IMG/VR virus record: IMGVR_UViG_3300002307_000075 | Span: 1 to 48,885 of that record | Origin: a virus | Taxonomy: Duplodnaviria; Caudoviricetes | Length of the DNA stretch: 48,885 bases | Direction: 5' to 3' (one strand) | Shown: one piece after another, positions 1 to 8,820 of the stretch | Numbering within the stretch: the first letter of the stretch is position 1 | Layout: the number at the start of each line of letters is the position of its first letter | Program-made: the position numbers and the translations under genes | The notes under the pieces: generated by a model | Told to the model about the DNA's origin: nothing | Database searches by the model: none | What the model saw: only the letters and a program-made list of their open reading frames with translations

Positions 1-90
1 CGTGATAAGTGGTTGAATGCTGAAGAAGCCAAGGCTTACGGAATCATTGACGATATCATAACCAACAAAAAAGCCAAAGGCAAGAAATAA
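1..90 (+). CDS. clpP: ClpP protease proteolytic subunit, C-terminal end (partial)
   Basis: Frame 1 reads RDKWLNAEEAKAYGIIDDII..., the typical ClpP C-terminal RDxWxxAEEAxxYGxID motif. Confidence 0.85.
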   Translation, partial: RDKWLNAEEAKAYGIIDDIITNKKAKGKK

Positions 91-398
91 TGTCTGATAT
101 AAATGGCTTGTACAAAAAAATAAAATACTCAGCAAAAGATTTTATTGAAAAAATTGGCCAAGAAACTGAAGAAACCAAAGAAGCTTACAAACTCTTAGTT
201 AATTCAATACAAAATGGGACTGAGCTGACACCACAACAAAAAGAACAGATAGGTGAACAATTTAAAGATGTTCTTAAAACATTAGGTATTGTTGGTGTCA
301 CGCTCCTTCCAGGTGGGTCAATATTTATTATATTAACCAAGGTGTTGAAGCTCAACAAATATGTGTTGCCATCTTCTTTTCAAGAAAAAAAAAAATAA
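90..398 (+). CDS. Hypothetical protein, weakly LETM1-like
   Basis: 102 aa ORF overlapping the clpP stop; QFKDVLKTLG...LLPGG motif. Confidence 0.5.
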   Translation: MSDINGLYKKIKYSAKDFIEKIGQETEETKEAYKLLVNSIQNGTELTPQQKEQIGEQFKDVLKTLGIVGVTLLPGGSIFIILTKVLKLNKYVLPSSFQEKKK

Positions 399-413
399 AT
401 TCTTAAAAGTACT

Positions 414-443
414 TGCATTTTATTAAAAAATGTAGTACCTTTG
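414..443 (+). promoter_or_regulatory. Bacteroidota-type sigma70 promoter (representative of many copies)
   Basis: TTGCAT...TACCTTTG; the same TAnnTTTG box starts at 436, 3387, 3654, 4577, 5114, 8844, 10445, 25242, 31127, 40411 and elsewhere, often 17 nt after TTGACA. Confidence 0.85.
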
Positions 444-515
444 TATAAGTTAATAAAAAATGAGATTTTTTAAGAAATCCACATATTTATAGCTTACAGA
501 CGTTCTTAAATTTAT

Positions 516-871
516 GGGGTTTACAAGGTATTGACTGGGTATAGTCGTAATTGGTAAGCATGTAGTGCTAGATTGGAAGCACTTAAATCTGACTATTAAA
601 ATTTGAATTGACAATACATTCGTTGTATCGGAAAATTTCCTTGACGAAGCTACATGTAGCTTTGCTGGAGAGCTTGCAGTAGCCTAATACTGATGATGGT
701 GATAACTCACCTAATGGTGGTAAAATCCACTACATGATGGTAGTCCATTCGGTTTGATTCTTGTTCGTTAACGAGGATATATTCTGGCACACGAAGAAAA
801 ATAGTAGCTAAACATGTAGAAAACTTTTGAAGAATATTCAACACAGGGGTTCAATTCCCCTAAACTCCACC
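516..871 (+). ncRNA. ssrA: tmRNA
   Basis: 5' GGGGTTT pairs with AAACTCC (862-868) including a G3:U70 pair; T-arm GGGGTTCAATTCCCC; internal tag ORF 610-687 ending ELAVA*. Confidence 0.92.
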
Positions 872-918
872 GTAAACTTTTTTGCACCTTGTTGTATATT
901 TATAATAGATTATAAATT

Positions 919-1746
919 ATGGCAAGAGCAGAAAAAAGAAAATATCATTACATTTATAAGATAACATGTAAGATAACAAATAGATTTTATATTGGGATGC
1001 ATAGTACAGATAACCTTAATGATGGTTATTTTGGTAGTGGAAAGCGACTTTGGTATAGTGTAAATTATCATGGCAAAGAAAACCATACTAAAGAGATACT
1101 AGAGTATTTTGATACTAGAGACGAATTGAAAAAAAGAGAAAAAGAGATTGTCACTAAAGAATTAATTTCTGAGGGACTGTGTATGAATTTAGTTGTTGGT
1201 GGTGAAGGTGGTGGTTTTTTTGATGAAAAACATTTTAGTAAGTTTCAATTAGCTGGTTCAAAGGCTGGTAATAAAGCTTTTAAGGAAAAATTAGAAACAA
1301 ATTTAGAATTTAGAAAAAAATTCAGTGATAAAACAACTAAAAATTTAATAAATTATTTAGCATCTGGTAACCATGATTATAATACTTTTGAAGGTAAACA
1401 ACATTCTGAAGATGCTAAACAAAAAATGAGTGAAAAAGCTAAATTAAGAACTGGGGTTTCAAACTCTCAATATGGCACATGTTGGATAACCAAAGAAGGT
1501 ACCAATAAAAAAATTAAAAAAGAAGACCTTAACACCTACCTAAACGAAGGGTGGTTTAATGGTAGATTCACTAACATAAAAGGTGAGTTAGTTAAAAATA
1601 GTAAATTAACTAATGATGACGTTCTTTATATTAAAGAATTAATGTATAAAAATGAGTTATCTCAAAGTAAGATAGGTAAAATGTTTAACGTTAAACAAGA
1701 AACAATTAGTAAAATAAAAAGAGGTTTAACTCATAAAGATACTTAA
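919..1746 (+). CDS. GIY-YIG homing endonuclease (Seg-like) with NUMOD3 and C-terminal HTH
   Basis: YIYKIT...FYIGMH, YFGSG, GKQHSEDAKQKMS; preceded by TATTTAT at 897. Confidence 0.88.
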   Translation: MARAEKRKYHYIYKITCKITNRFYIGMHSTDNLNDGYFGSGKRLWYSVNYHGKENHTKEILEYFDTRDELKKREKEIVTKELISEGLCMNLVVGGEGGGFFDEKHFSKFQLAGSKAGNKAFKEKLETNLEFRKKFSDKTTKNLINYLASGNHDYNTFEGKQHSEDAKQKMSEKAKLRTGVSNSQYGTCWITKEGTNKKIKKEDLNTYLNEGWFNGRFTNIKGELVKNSKLTNDDVLYIKELMYKNELSQSKIGKMFNVKQETISKIKRGLTHKDT

Positions 1747-1797
1747 TATTTTCACCCGATTCTTGTCCGCTTCTCACCACTAGGATAAGAAATAAAC

Positions 1798-1834
1798 AAC
1801 CCTCGGCAAGTCGCTTTGTCGGGGGTTAACTTTT
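1798..1834 (+). terminator. Probable intrinsic terminator
   Basis: AACCCTCGGCAAG / TTTGTCGGGGGTT stem followed by a T-rich tail. Confidence 0.55.
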
Positions 1835-1883
1835 ATGGTAAATTTTTGTTTTTTTTTATGATATTTATTATTAAAAAAATATT

Positions 1884-2141
1884 ATGGAACAAACAAAAAG
1901 AAATGATTCTATCAGCACTGATTTAACAAAAAAAGAAAACCAAACATTTAAAAATTGGTTTAAATTACAATTTAAAAGCGGTTATATTTTAGCTTTTGTT
2001 GTAGCATTAGTACTTATAATTGGTCTTTTAATAAAAGGTCCTGCATTATTAGCACTTTTTCCTCTAGCAATATGTGGCGTAATTTCCTATAAGGGTTTTT
2101 ATCAATATTGGGATGATAAGAAAAAAGGTATCACAAGATGA
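1884..2141 (+). CDS. Small membrane protein
   Basis: 85 aa ORF with two hydrophobic segments. Confidence 0.7.
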   Translation: MEQTKRNDSISTDLTKKENQTFKNWFKLQFKSGYILAFVVALVLIIGLLIKGPALLALFPLAICGVISYKGFYQYWDDKKKGITR

Positions 2142-2626
2142 TTTTTAAAATTAAAAAGGGTAACCATTATAGCAATGGTTATTTATATAAATTTTTTAAT
2201 TTCTTTCATAGTAGTGATAAAATGTCACATTATTGTACATTCACTGATTCAACCATATACAATGATGAGACAAAACATAAATTTGATGTAAATAAACTTT
2301 TTGGTTTTTCTATTGGTCAACATCATGTTAATTCATATAGATTTGGATGGAATGTATTAGATAATAAGATACACATATATGCTTATTCATACGTAAATAC
2401 TAAAAGAATTATTGATGAAATTTGCGTGGTTGAAACAAATAAACCGTATAAATTTATTATCAAGTTAAAAGATGGAAAAGCTATTTTTACAGTATTAGAT
2501 AAAGATTACGTTTTAAAACAAGTAATACAACCTGTATTAAAAAATAAATATTTGGGGTACCGTTTATGGCCTTATTTTGGAGGTAATAATACTGCACCAA
2601 AAGATATATTTATTGAAATTATTTAA
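2138..2626 (+). CDS. Hypothetical protein
   Basis: 162 aa ORF, ATGA overlap with the upstream gene; NKLFG, RFGW and PYFGG motifs. Confidence 0.7.
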   Translation: MIFKIKKGNHYSNGYLYKFFNFFHSSDKMSHYCTFTDSTIYNDETKHKFDVNKLFGFSIGQHHVNSYRFGWNVLDNKIHIYAYSYVNTKRIIDEICVVETNKPYKFIIKLKDGKAIFTVLDKDYVLKQVIQPVLKNKYLGYRLWPYFGGNNTAPKDIFIEII

Positions 2627-2656
2627 CTCTAATATATTTATAATAAAATAAATACT

Positions 2657-2911
2657 ATGAGAGAATTTTTTAGTAAATGTCTATCTTCAAATGGTGATGT
2701 ATCAAGTAAACGATTAGTAACTTTACTTGCATTTTTAATGATGTGTATTGGTTTTATAGCTAATTTATTTTGGGGTAAACAAATTGACAGCATGGTTTAC
2801 GATTCAATGAAATGGATTGTTATTGGTGGTTTAGGTTTTACAGCCTCAGAACAATTTGCTAATAAAAAAGGTGATTCAATTAATTCAACAGTAACAGTAG
2901 ACAATAAATAA
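2657..2911 (+). CDS. Holin-like two-TM protein
   Basis: SSKR motif followed by two TM helices; late motif upstream. Confidence 0.55.
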   Translation: MREFFSKCLSSNGDVSSKRLVTLLAFLMMCIGFIANLFWGKQIDSMVYDSMKWIVIGGLGFTASEQFANKKGDSINSTVTVDNK

Positions 2912-3186
2912 TGAAAGAAATTATTGACAATATAATTGATAGCTTTAAAAATAACGAAAAAGGTTATAGTTCAAGAAAATTAACAGCTTTTGCTATAACT
3001 GTTATGGTTGTTATCATTCATATTAAATGGATAACGCTTGGTAATTTTAGTCAATTAGAATTAGTGTTGACAATTGATTATTCATTTATTGCCGCATTAT
3101 TTGGCATGACAACTTATCATGCAATTAAAACAAATGATTTAAAAGATAAATCAATCAATACGCCAGAAGATAAGTCAGTAACATAA
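2911..3186 (+). CDS. Holin-like two-TM protein (paralog-like)
   Basis: SSRK motif followed by two TM helices. Confidence 0.55.
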   Translation: MKEIIDNIIDSFKNNEKGYSSRKLTAFAITVMVVIIHIKWITLGNFSQLELVLTIDYSFIAALFGMTTYHAIKTNDLKDKSINTPEDKSVT

Positions 3187-3210
3187 AAAAGGGCTATCAA
3201 GCCCTTTTTT
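3185..3210. terminator. Bidirectional intrinsic terminator
   Basis: AAAAAAGGGCT-ATCA-AGCCCTTTTTT between convergent genes. Confidence 0.8.
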
Positions 3211-3227
3211 ATGTTACTCTAAAAGAC

Positions 3228-3323
3228 TTATTTGTTGGGTCTTGGAGTTGGTGGTGTTGTAGTTGTTGTAGTTTGGCCACCTTTTGGTTTGCCACAACCA
3301 CATCCGTTTGATACAGTGTTCAT
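3228..3323 (-). CDS. 31 aa peptide MNTVSNGCGCGKPKGGQTTTTTTPPTPRPNK (not in ORF track)
   Basis: ATG..TAA on the minus strand, A-rich leader, TATTTAT upstream, terminator downstream. Confidence 0.65.
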   Translation of the reverse strand: MNTVSNGCGCGKPKGGQTTTTTTPPTPRPNK

Positions 3324-3397
3324 AGTTTTTGGTTTTTAGGGTTTGTTATTTACACATAAATACTTGCTTTTTATAAAATTTTTTAGTACCTTTGCTT

Positions 3398-3604
3398 ATG
3401 TTTAGTACAAAATATAAAGTCACATTATTAGATAGTAAATGGAACATTGTTAAAAAAAATGTAAAACTTTTGGTCTTACCAAGAAGAGATGAATATGTAT
3501 TCTTTAATAATTTGTATTATATAGTTTTGAATGTAGTTCATACCTTGGATGGCAAACAAGGTATTTTTGTCATTATAAATGAAACCCCTCATCAATTAAA
3601 ATAA
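3398..3604 (+). CDS. Hypothetical protein
   Basis: ATG immediately after the promoter box at 3387. Confidence 0.6.
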   Translation: MFSTKYKVTLLDSKWNIVKKNVKLLVLPRRDEYVFFNNLYYIVLNVVHTLDGKQGIFVIINETPHQLK

Positions 3605-3770
3605 AAAATAAAAAAAAAGTTTAAAAAAACTTGACAAAAGCAATTTTTTTTAGTACCTTTGTATATGTATTTAAACAACGTTCTTTAAAATATAAAATCA
3701 TCCAAAAAGATGGGTTCTGCAAAAGAACTAAAAAACAATAGACAACGGTAAAAGTATGTTGGTCTTTTAT

Positions 3771-3947
3771 CAAACGGAGCGTAAACCCCATTCATCGTTT
3801 TTACGTGGGTGGGATATACTCACGAATACTATCTGGTTCAGGAATTGAGTCGGATATAAAACAAAAACGGAGTAAGGCGTTGCCATTAGGCAAGTCTATG
3901 ACCTCCGAAGCCCATCCCATCAGCTTTGCTGTGGGTGGGTAGTTCAC
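3771..3947 (+). mobile_element. Non-autonomous IS200/IS605-type remnant (paired end hairpins, omegaRNA-like 3' end)
   Basis: Two similar palindromes (3787-3813, 3911-3939); ends GAAGCCC...GGGTAGTTCAC as in tnpB-family right ends; no ORF. Confidence 0.65.
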
Positions 3948-4075
3948 AAAATTAAAACAACCATGGTGTAAGGCTATGTTAAAAAATACTTCATGACGGA
4001 GGTCATGTAAAAATAACTGCTAGGTAAACGGAAGGCCTATAAAATAAAAACCGAACAGCCATCTTGGGATAATAT

Positions 4076-4159
4076 AGGGAAGTGGACTAAAAAGTCGACT
4101 AATAAAGTCGCCGTCAATTTTTAGGGACGGAAATAAGGGTTCAAGGCCCTTCTTCCCTA
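4076..4159 (+). tRNA. Degenerate tRNA-like gene, isotype undetermined
   Basis: AGGGAAG/CTTCCCT acceptor stem and GGTTCAAG T-arm; enlarged anticodon loop. Confidence 0.4.
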
Positions 4160-4165
4160 CAACAT

Positions 4166-4240
4166 TGCGGAGTAGAGCAGTGGCAGCTCGCAAGGCTCAT
4201 AACCTTGAGGTCGGGGGTTCGATTCCTTCCTCTGCTACCA
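4166..4240 (+). tRNA. tRNA-Met(CAT), initiator-like
   Basis: Cloverleaf, loop CTCATAA, 1:72 mismatch, encoded CCA. Confidence 0.9.
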
Positions 4241-4295
4241 ACTCTGAGCGAGGCATCGTTCGGAACAAGTCTTCGGTTAGTAACCGAAGCAAAAT

Positions 4296-4365
4296 ACAGA
4301 GGTCGTCTAAGTTAGGACGCTGCACGTTTGAGGCGGAAATGGAGGTTCAAGTCCTTTTCTCTGTA
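4296..4365 (+). tRNA. Atypical tRNA, possibly Gln(TTG)
   Basis: Acceptor ACAGAGG/TCTCTGT, D- and T-arms present; irregular anticodon loop. Confidence 0.5.
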
Positions 4366-4381
4366 CTAGATTACACGACAT

Positions 4382-4456
4382 TGTGAGTCGGAGAAATGGT
4401 AACTCATCGGGCTCATAACCCGAAGATAGTTGGTTCGATTCCAACACTCGCAACCA
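4382..4456 (+). tRNA. tRNA-fMet(CAT)
   Basis: Anticodon arm TCGGG-CTCATAA-CCCGA (three G-C pairs), encoded CCA. Confidence 0.9.
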
Positions 4457-4525
4457 AAAAGAATGGATTCAGCAAATAAAAATTTATTCATAAGAAAAAG
4501 AAAACAAGCCCATTCTGAACTTATT

Positions 4526-4552
4526 AAAAAAGCCTCAAAAGAGGCTTTTTTT
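4526..4552 (+). terminator. Intrinsic terminator
   Basis: AAAAAAGCCTC-AAAA-GAGGCTTTTTTT. Confidence 0.85.
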
Positions 4553-4588
4553 GTTGTATAATTCAAAATCTTTTAGTACCTTTGCATT

Positions 4589-5089
4589 ATGAATAAAAAA
4601 CTTTTAATCCTTGGACACGCTAGACACGCAAAAGATACGTTTGCTGAAATTCTAAACAAAGAATTTGGGTTAAAATATCAATCATCATCACAAGCATCTG
4701 CTGATATTTTTTTATATAATGCTCTTAAAGACAAGTATGGTTACAAAACACCAAAAGAATGTTTTGAAGACCGTGTTAATCACAGGGCTGAATGGAAACA
4801 AATGATTTGTGACTATAACAAAGATGACAGAGCCAAATTAGCAAAAGAAATCCTAAAGAATTCTGATTGTTATGTTGGAATGCGTGATAGAGAAGAGATT
4901 GATGAATGTATCAGACAAGGTTTATTTGACATTATCATATGGATTGATGCTTCTGAAAGACTTCCTCTGGAACCAGCGAGTTCTTTTAATATTGACAAAA
5001 CTTGTGCTGATATTATAATTGAAAATAATGGTACGATTGAAGGGTTCAAAGAAAAAGTTTTGAGATTTGGAAAAATTCTTTACAAATAA
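4589..5089 (+). CDS. Deoxynucleoside monophosphate kinase-like P-loop protein
   Basis: N-terminal LILGHARHAKDT and C-terminal DIIIENNGT. Confidence 0.65.
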   Translation: MNKKLLILGHARHAKDTFAEILNKEFGLKYQSSSQASADIFLYNALKDKYGYKTPKECFEDRVNHRAEWKQMICDYNKDDRAKLAKEILKNSDCYVGMRDREEIDECIRQGLFDIIIWIDASERLPLEPASSFNIDKTCADIIIENNGTIEGFKEKVLRFGKILYK

Positions 5090-5218
5090 TTTGTAAGTTT
5101 CAAAAAAGTTTTGTACCTTTGTATTGTAAACAAAATAAGTAAAACGCAAACGAACAACCCCATGATGCATCTGGTGAGCCGCACGTTGTATACTGGATGA
5201 CCTCTGTTTTGTTTATAT

Positions 5219-5289
5219 GGTCGAGTGACTGAGAGCTTAGGTGCGGTCTCGCAAAGACCGATACGGTTGTTCGCTACAACCCTCGACCT
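5219..5289 (+). tRNA. tRNA-Cys(GCA)
   Basis: GGTCGAG/CTCGACC, U73, loop TCGCAAA (C33 atypical). Confidence 0.75.
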
Positions 5290-5294
5290 CAAAT

Positions 5295-5370
5295 GACTCC
5301 TTGGTGTTAGCGGTAGCATGTCAATCTCTAAATTTGAAAGGCGTGAGTTCGAATCTCACAGGAGCCACCA
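5295..5370 (+). tRNA. Amber suppressor tRNA (anticodon CTA)
   Basis: Cloverleaf with loop CTCTAAA, T-arm GTGAG-TTCGAAT-CTCAC, encoded CCA. Confidence 0.8.
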
Positions 5371-5384
5371 AAAAACGAATACTA

Positions 5385-5816
5385 ATGAAAACACAGATAA
5401 AAGACATTCTACGAGAAGGATTGATACGTGAGGAACGCATCAAATTCAACTTGACTATTCCAGACGATATTCAACAAATAAAAGACATCTTTAAAAAGAA
5501 TGGTTTTAAATTGTATGTTGTTGGTGGGGCGATAAGAGATTTCTTATTAAATAAAACAATTAAAGATTATGATTTAGCGACAGACGCTGTGCCAGACAAT
5601 GTTGAAGCTATGATGAAAGCAGCTGGCCTACGTACCATCGCAACTGGAAAAGCATTCGGTGTAATCAATGTTTTTACTAGCGAAGGTGAACATGAAATCG
5701 CAACATTACGCTCTGATGAGTATCAAGCAAATATTGATTTGGAGGGGTTCAAGGATTACTTAAAATCCTTGAATAACGGGAAATACGAAGAATTTATTAG
5801 CTTATTAACGAAATAG
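5385..5816 (+). CDS. cca: tRNA nucleotidyltransferase (CCA-adding, class II), N-terminal part
   Basis: VVGGAIRD, KDYDLAT, GKAFG and EIATLR motifs; start taken at MKTQIK. Confidence 0.88.
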   Translation: MKTQIKDILREGLIREERIKFNLTIPDDIQQIKDIFKKNGFKLYVVGGAIRDFLLNKTIKDYDLATDAVPDNVEAMMKAAGLRTIATGKAFGVINVFTSEGEHEIATLRSDEYQANIDLEGFKDYLKSLNNGKYEEFISLLTK

Positions 5817-5961
5817 CGACTTTTTGTTTAATTTTGATTGTATAAATTGGGACATTATACATAGAACAAATTTCATTAATTCTTCTTGGGAATATGCTAA
5901 GGCTGATGAATATTTTGAAAAGAATTGGAGACAGTTTAGGAATCAGTTAAAATAAATAAAA

Positions 5962-6873
5962 ATGGAAAAATGGGAACAAATAGCTAAAGAATCATTTTCA
6001 ACTGAATTTGATGCGTACATCAAAAAAATCTCAGGTGGCCGTAGGCCAGATGCTGTTAGTTTTACGGATATTGAAGGTGATGTTAAAAGACGTGACCTTA
6101 CCATCAATGCGTTATTCTATGATATAGATACACAAGAGATAGTTGACCTTGTTGGGGGTATGGAAGATTTAAAAAACGGTATTGTTAGAACTGTTGGTAC
6201 ACCAGAAGATAGATTTGGTGAAGACCGTTTACGTATTCTGAGAGCAATAAGATTTGCAGGTCGTTTCGGTAATCAACTTGACCCAGCTACAGATGCTGCA
6301 TTACAGAAAGATGCTAGTCTTGATGGTGTATCTGGTGAGCGTATTCGTGATGAATTCATCAAGGGTATTAAATCAGCAAAATCACAACAAGCATTTCTAC
6401 AAATGCTAGCTAAATATGGTCTCTTTTCTTATATCTTTAAAGGTTTTTCAGTTGACCTTAAAGAAATAGTTAAATTAGGGAGTAATGAATATGACTATGT
6501 TGTTTTGCTGGCTAAATTATTAAAGAATAACAATCTTGATGTGTTGAGAAAAACACTTAATGAGCTTAAATATACACTAGAAGAAGTTAAAGCAATATCA
6601 TTTTTAATTGCTATGCTTAAGCTAGATATAACAACAGCTGTAACACTTAAAAAAGCTCAAGAACATGCTGGAGTTACACCAGAACAAATACAAGAATTTT
6701 GTTCAAAAGAAGGTGTTAATAATAAGTTACTAAATGCATTTTTGAAATTCAAGCTTAGTGTCAGTGGTCCAGAGGTTATGGATAAGATGGGTCTGAAACC
6801 AGGCCCAGAACTAGGAAAAGCTATTCAAAAAATTGAAACTGATAACTTCAAAAAATTATTGAGTCATTCTTGA
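5962..6873 (+). CDS. cca: tRNA nucleotidyltransferase (CCA-adding, class II), C-terminal part
   Basis: GRRPD, RRDLTINA, RFGEDRLRILRAIRF and SGERIRDE motifs. Confidence 0.9.
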   Translation: MEKWEQIAKESFSTEFDAYIKKISGGRRPDAVSFTDIEGDVKRRDLTINALFYDIDTQEIVDLVGGMEDLKNGIVRTVGTPEDRFGEDRLRILRAIRFAGRFGNQLDPATDAALQKDASLDGVSGERIRDEFIKGIKSAKSQQAFLQMLAKYGLFSYIFKGFSVDLKEIVKLGSNEYDYVVLLAKLLKNNNLDVLRKTLNELKYTLEEVKAISFLIAMLKLDITTAVTLKKAQEHAGVTPEQIQEFCSKEGVNNKLLNAFLKFKLSVSGPEVMDKMGLKPGPELGKAIQKIETDNFKKLLSHS

Positions 6874-6920
6874 TTTTTTTTGTATTTTGCCATATATTTA
6901 TAGCATATTATTAAACATAT

Positions 6921-7334
6921 ATGGCAAAATACTTAGTCACGTTCAATGACCAAATTAATGAAATTGAAATTTATGGTTTCAAAACAATGACCGAAAAAGA
7001 AGTTGAAAATTTTAAAACATTAGCTGAAAGTATTACATGGGGTTTTTCCTATAAAATAGGAAATGGTAAAAAATTACATTTTACAGATGGTAACGATTTC
7101 TTATCAAAATTTGATTTCAAAGAATTAACATTTGACGAAGACAGAAATATAAAAAAGCTATTCAATGGCGAATTTGGTACCTTCATAACTGAAGATATAC
7201 TAGAGGAAATAACCAAAGAGGATGACACTGAACATGATTATATTGCTGACTTAGATGATTATGATGACGATGATGATTATATGGACCAAGATGATAGAGA
7301 TGATGATTACTATTTTGATGATAATGATGATTAA
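6921..7334 (+). CDS. Hypothetical protein with acidic tail
   Basis: 137 aa ORF with Asp-rich C-terminus. Confidence 0.7.
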   Translation: MAKYLVTFNDQINEIEIYGFKTMTEKEVENFKTLAESITWGFSYKIGNGKKLHFTDGNDFLSKFDFKELTFDEDRNIKKLFNGEFGTFITEDILEEITKEDDTEHDYIADLDDYDDDDDYMDQDDRDDDYYFDDNDD

Positions 7335-7337
7335 AAG

Positions 7338-8003
7338 ATGAAAATGAAAAAAATATTTACACTACTTTTTGTATTGATTACAACCACAATCTTTGCACAA
7401 ACTGTAACCATAACTGGAACGGCTTTTACAATTAAACATAAAGACTTAACTTTTTATTTGGATACTGATACTAACACTTATATTTCTGTTCACCACGTTA
7501 AAAACAACCAACTTAAAACATTGACTGGTGTTAGAAAAGATAGATGGCATACTGAGGCACCTTATGGTCCTTATAAAAAAACTTATTATGTGAATACTGG
7601 TTATGATTTGGGACATTTAACCCCATCTAAAATAACTATGTATGATGATTCAACAAATTATTATACTTTCAGTATGTTCAACCAAGCTCCTCAATTAGCG
7701 GCTTTTAATGAACACCCATGGGAAAGACTTGAGATGTCAGTAATAGATACTATTCTTAAATCAAAAGCTGACGCTACAATAATAACTGGTGTTATTTATG
7801 ATAATAATCACAAAACGTATCTAAATAAATCTAGAATTAAAATTCCGATTGATTATTATAAAATAGTGGTTATGTCAAATGGAACAATATTGGCTTGGAT
7901 AGGTTCTAATATAAATGGATTAATAACAACTGTAGATATTAATAATATTATTGAAATAGCTAAAAAAAATGGAAATGTTTTGAATATTAGAGTTGACAAA
8001 TAA
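7338..8003 (+). CDS. DNA/RNA non-specific endonuclease (NucA-like) with signal peptide
   Basis: GYDLGHL, TFSMFNQAPQ...FN...W..LE, KIPIDYYK; hydrophobic N-terminus. Confidence 0.85.
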   Translation: MKMKKIFTLLFVLITTTIFAQTVTITGTAFTIKHKDLTFYLDTDTNTYISVHHVKNNQLKTLTGVRKDRWHTEAPYGPYKKTYYVNTGYDLGHLTPSKITMYDDSTNYYTFSMFNQAPQLAAFNEHPWERLEMSVIDTILKSKADATIITGVIYDNNHKTYLNKSRIKIPIDYYKIVVMSNGTILAWIGSNINGLITTVDINNIIEIAKKNGNVLNIRVDK

Positions 8004-8040
8004 CTTTTAATTAAGTGAAGATATTTATAATAAAAATATT

Positions 8041-8730
8041 ATGAAAAAGAAAGAATTCCTTACTGAAACTAAGAAAAAAAATATTCTTATAGAAAGAGAA
8101 AAAACCATAGTTAATTCTTTTAAAAAAGTTTTTAATAAGATTAAAAGACTTGATGAACCTAAATTAGTTAAAGAAAACCACGAAGGTTTGATAGACTATG
8201 ATATCCCAGAATGGGCTATGTCAGCTTTAATTAATGGTGATTATTCTGGATTATATGATGAAGATGAAATAAAATTAAATCATTTTATTAAACAAGTTTC
8301 TAATAAGTATGGCAACGCTAATTTTATGTTAGATGACATAGAAGGTGAAGATAATTTAGGGTTTAAACATAGTAATGATATTGATAATTTAGGTTCCAAT
8401 GTTTATAGACTTTATATCAAGCCTTCTAAAATAGCTCAAAACGATGGTGAAGATTATGAAAAAATAAGTAGAGAAGTTCAATATGGTGTTAAACCTTATA
8501 ACAATACAAATGAAAACAATGATGAAATGAGTAAATTGGGTAATCAAAACTCTATTTCCTATGTGGCACCAGCAAATTTTTCGCGGGAGGACATAAAAAA
8601 TATTTCCTTCGATGAAACAAAACACCAGGCGAACTACGTAGAACAATCGGATGAGGATGATGTTACGCATGAGGTTTTCTTTGGAGAGAACATCAAAAGA
8701 GCTATTAATGCCTTGATGCACAAGAAATAG
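8041..8730 (+). CDS. Hypothetical protein, probably late-expressed
   Basis: 229 aa ORF; TATTTAT at 8022. Confidence 0.7.
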   Translation: MKKKEFLTETKKKNILIEREKTIVNSFKKVFNKIKRLDEPKLVKENHEGLIDYDIPEWAMSALINGDYSGLYDEDEIKLNHFIKQVSNKYGNANFMLDDIEGEDNLGFKHSNDIDNLGSNVYRLYIKPSKIAQNDGEDYEKISREVQYGVKPYNNTNENNDEMSKLGNQNSISYVAPANFSREDIKNISFDETKHQANYVEQSDEDDVTHEVFFGENIKRAINALMHKK

Positions 8731-8820
8731 GTATGTTAGACCCAAAGATATCTAGAGTATGGATTGTTTTTACTGAACTTAAAAAAATAAACCTTTTTAA
8801 AAAAAATTTAAAAAAAAAAC

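Noticed and set aside
4165-4566. Track ORFs overlapping tRNAs (also 9138-9420, 9601-9861, 27481-27826, and the 5' parts of 5241, 27723 and 28484)
   Set aside because: Shadow frames of GC-rich tRNA genes; real starts were reassigned downstream
5720-6030. Intein or group I intron in the CCA gene
   Set aside because: No C/S...HN intein ends and no recognisable P7 core; the spacer is short and AT-rich
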